From the IMG/VR virus record IMGVR_UViG_3300049166_000023, positions 1 to 26,916 of that record: DNA of 26,916 nucleotides. One strand, given 5' to 3'. This document shows, piece after piece, positions 25,491 to 26,916 of this stretch. The notes beneath the pieces were generated by a model. That model was not told the origin of the DNA, searched no databases, and was given only the letters and a program-made list of their open reading frames with translations. Every line of letters begins with the position of its first letter. The first letter of the stretch is position 1. The stretch comes from a virus (lineage: Duplodnaviria; Caudoviricetes). The translations under genes and the position numbers were made by a program.

Positions 25491-26303
25491 TCATGCTGAC
25501 ACCTCCAGCCATGACATACTAGTTGTACCTGTAAAGTTTTCTGCACGCTCTCTGCGCTTCTCAGTAACGAAAACAGACAACAGACCACTATAGAAATAGC
25601 CCATGAAATCTTTCTTGATACGGTTAGACTTCAGCATGAATATAGACTGTTTGAACGTGGAGATAATAGTCTTGATGTAATCGTTTGGGCTAGTTATATT
25701 AGAGTGCTTAGCTGCAAGTAAGACCTTTCCCCATGATTTGAAGATATCGGATGCACAAAAGAAACCTTTAGCAACTCGAACGTATTCTTTAGGGATATGG
25801 TTAGGAACAAACGATTCATCTAATTGTTCAATTTTCGGCTTTTCTTTACGTATTGCTTTATTAGTATTAGATTGTTTTTCAGTTTTAATTAAGTTCGCCT
25901 TTCTGTCATCCCCCTGCTTTTCTTCACTTTTCACAACCTCACAAGGCAAAATAATGTAGATATTAGCCCCCTGCTTAGCTCTTCTAGACTTAGTAAGTGT
26001 ATAAGTCTCAACTACTTGAATAACTCTCAGATCAACTAATTTAGCTATATAACGAGATATAGAACGTTCTGATAATTCAAGCTCATTTGCTAACTCAGAT
26101 ACTTTTCTCCAACTAACTCCAGTATGATTTTCAAAAGTAGAGTATTGAGATAATAGTTTTAAAAATTGACGCTCGTTACGGTTCAGTGATGGATTTTTAC
26201 AATGTGCGTTGATATGCTTGTTCATTTCTGAAACATCATTAAACTGCTTGAATTGCTTTAGCTTTTGGAATTCATTTTGTGAAATCATAATTCTTTTCTG
26301 CAT
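25491..26303 (-). CDS. Winged-HTH protein, probable plasmid-type replication initiator (270 aa)
   Basis: GVSWRKVSELANELELSERSISRYIAKL....I.....QGANIYII (HTH_36-like); GGAGG RBS gives start MQKRIM at 26303. Confidence 0.7.
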   Translation of the reverse strand: MQKRIMISQNEFQKLKQFKQFNDVSEMNKHINAHCKNPSLNRNERQFLKLLSQYSTFENHTGVSWRKVSELANELELSERSISRYIAKLVDLRVIQVVETYTLTKSRRAKQGANIYIILPCEVVKSEEKQGDDRKANLIKTEKQSNTNKAIRKEKPKIEQLDESFVPNHIPKEYVRVAKGFFCASDIFKSWGKVLLAAKHSNITSPNDYIKTIISTFKQSIFMLKSNRIKKDFMGYFYSGLLSVFVTEKRRERAENFTGTTSMSWLEVSA

Positions 26304-26362
26304 GACAAATAGCCCTCCAGTATTGGTATTTTGAAAATTTAGCGCAATACGAGCAGGACATC

Positions 26363-26391
26363 TTGACCTTAAATATACAGTTTTATAAAAT
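26363..26391 (+). promoter_or_regulatory. SigA promoter of the antisense RNA
   Basis: TTGACC-17-TAAAAT. Confidence 0.7.
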
Positions 26392-26397
26392 AAGGTT

Positions 26398-26464
26398 AGA
26401 TAGTTTGTGTCTGCTCGTTTGCAGATGTAAGGTTGTAGAAGTTGCCGCTTCTGCAACCTTTTTT
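26398..26464 (+). ncRNA. Countertranscript-like antisense RNA to the rep leader (about 67 nt)
   Basis: Promoter, hairpin TGTCTGC/GCAGATG, and terminator AAGGTTGTAGAAG/CTTCTGCAACCTT-TTTT. Confidence 0.65.
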
Positions 26465-26627
26465 ATTTGGATTGATTAATTTTTTGGGACATTAACTTCT
26501 TATAGCTCATCAGTCGCTTATGACGATACGTATATGATTTTGGTTGCTTCTTACTTGGATGAATAGAACCAAATTCAGCGACTTTCTTTGTGTAATATGC
26601 GATTCTGTAAGTGATGTTTTTGTTCAT
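26463..26627 (-). CDS. Small basic protein (54 aa)
   Basis: AAAGGAG RBS before MNKNITY. Confidence 0.6.
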   Translation of the reverse strand: MNKNITYRIAYYTKKVAEFGSIHPSKKQPKSYTYRHKRLMSYKKLMSQKINQSK

Positions 26628-26648
26628 TTTGATTTCTCCTTTAGAAAT

Positions 26649-26686
26649 AAAAAAAAGAGTGCCCTTTATTATCAAAAGGCACTCTT
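26649..26686 (-). terminator. Terminator near the right end of the element
   Basis: AAGAGTGCC...GGCACTCTT-TTTTT. Confidence 0.7.
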
Positions 26687-26703
26687 ATCACACGGTATTT
26701 AGT

Positions 26704-26787
26704 TGGTCACTTCTTTTTTTATTTACAAACTAAGTTTCATCACTTTTGGTCACTTTTTTACTAAAATGGTCACTTTTTAACCACTTT
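26704..26787. repeat. Cluster of TGGTCACTTT direct repeats
   Basis: Copies at 26704, 26747 and 26767; partial copies at 26740 and 26781. Confidence 0.7.
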
Positions 26788-26916
26788 ACACCAGCCCTTT
26801 TACCGATTATCAATCGTCTCTGGGTACAAGTCATGATTCATCATACGGTACTCTGCCATTTTTTCATACTTTGTTCCTGGCTTACCGTAATTTGTGTATG
26901 GATCGATGCTGATGCC

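Larger units (their letters stand above)
411..26790 (-). mobile_element. Compact siphovirus-like prophage, satellite or phage-plasmid encoding its own RNA polymerase
   Basis: Co-oriented replication, transcription, packaging, head and tail genes. Boundaries are approximate and no att sites were identified. Confidence 0.8.

Noticed and set aside
7739-25959. Other nested or antisense track ORFs (7739, 13168, 13184, 13804, 13990, 14141, 17988, 18297, 19561, 19589, 20478, 23205, 23705, 25738)
   Set aside because: They overlap well-supported genes and show no motifs
26304-26456. N-terminal extension of the 321-aa track ORF (likewise those at 8436, 25298, 19069, 14844 and 26675)
   Set aside because: Strong RBSs mark downstream starts, and the extensions mostly overlap promoters, terminators or the antisense RNA
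26800-26916. Partial ORF at the right edge (e.g. minus-strand ...[24 protein letters not shown])
   Set aside because: Too short to choose a frame or assign a product

Overview
The window is AT-rich, Bacillaceae-like DNA, almost wholly occupied (about 400-26790) by one compact phage-like element encoded mostly on the minus strand. From right to left it carries: short direct repeats; a plasmid-type winged-helix Rep candidate with an antisense (countertranscript-like) RNA in its leader; an XRE regulator with an operator; early hypothetical genes; a nested-hairpin origin-like site; a 901-aa single-subunit YonO-like (RdRP-related) RNA polymerase; a terminator/palindrome array; a tRNA with CAU anticodon; an accessory island (HTH, orphan PemK/MazF-like RNase followed by a separately promoted structured small RNA, GNAT); small terminase, catalytic-domain-only tyrosine recombinase and large terminase; and an SPP1-type portal, head, neck and siphovirus tail module with a -1 frameshifted chaperone. 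The virion module stops right after the tape measure gene. No distal tail, baseplate, receptor-binding, holin, endolysin or full-length integrase gene is seen in the window. A lipoprotein and an unannotated 58-aa Sda-like sporulation inhibitor lie at the left end. All calls come from motif recognition by eye; no database searches were run.
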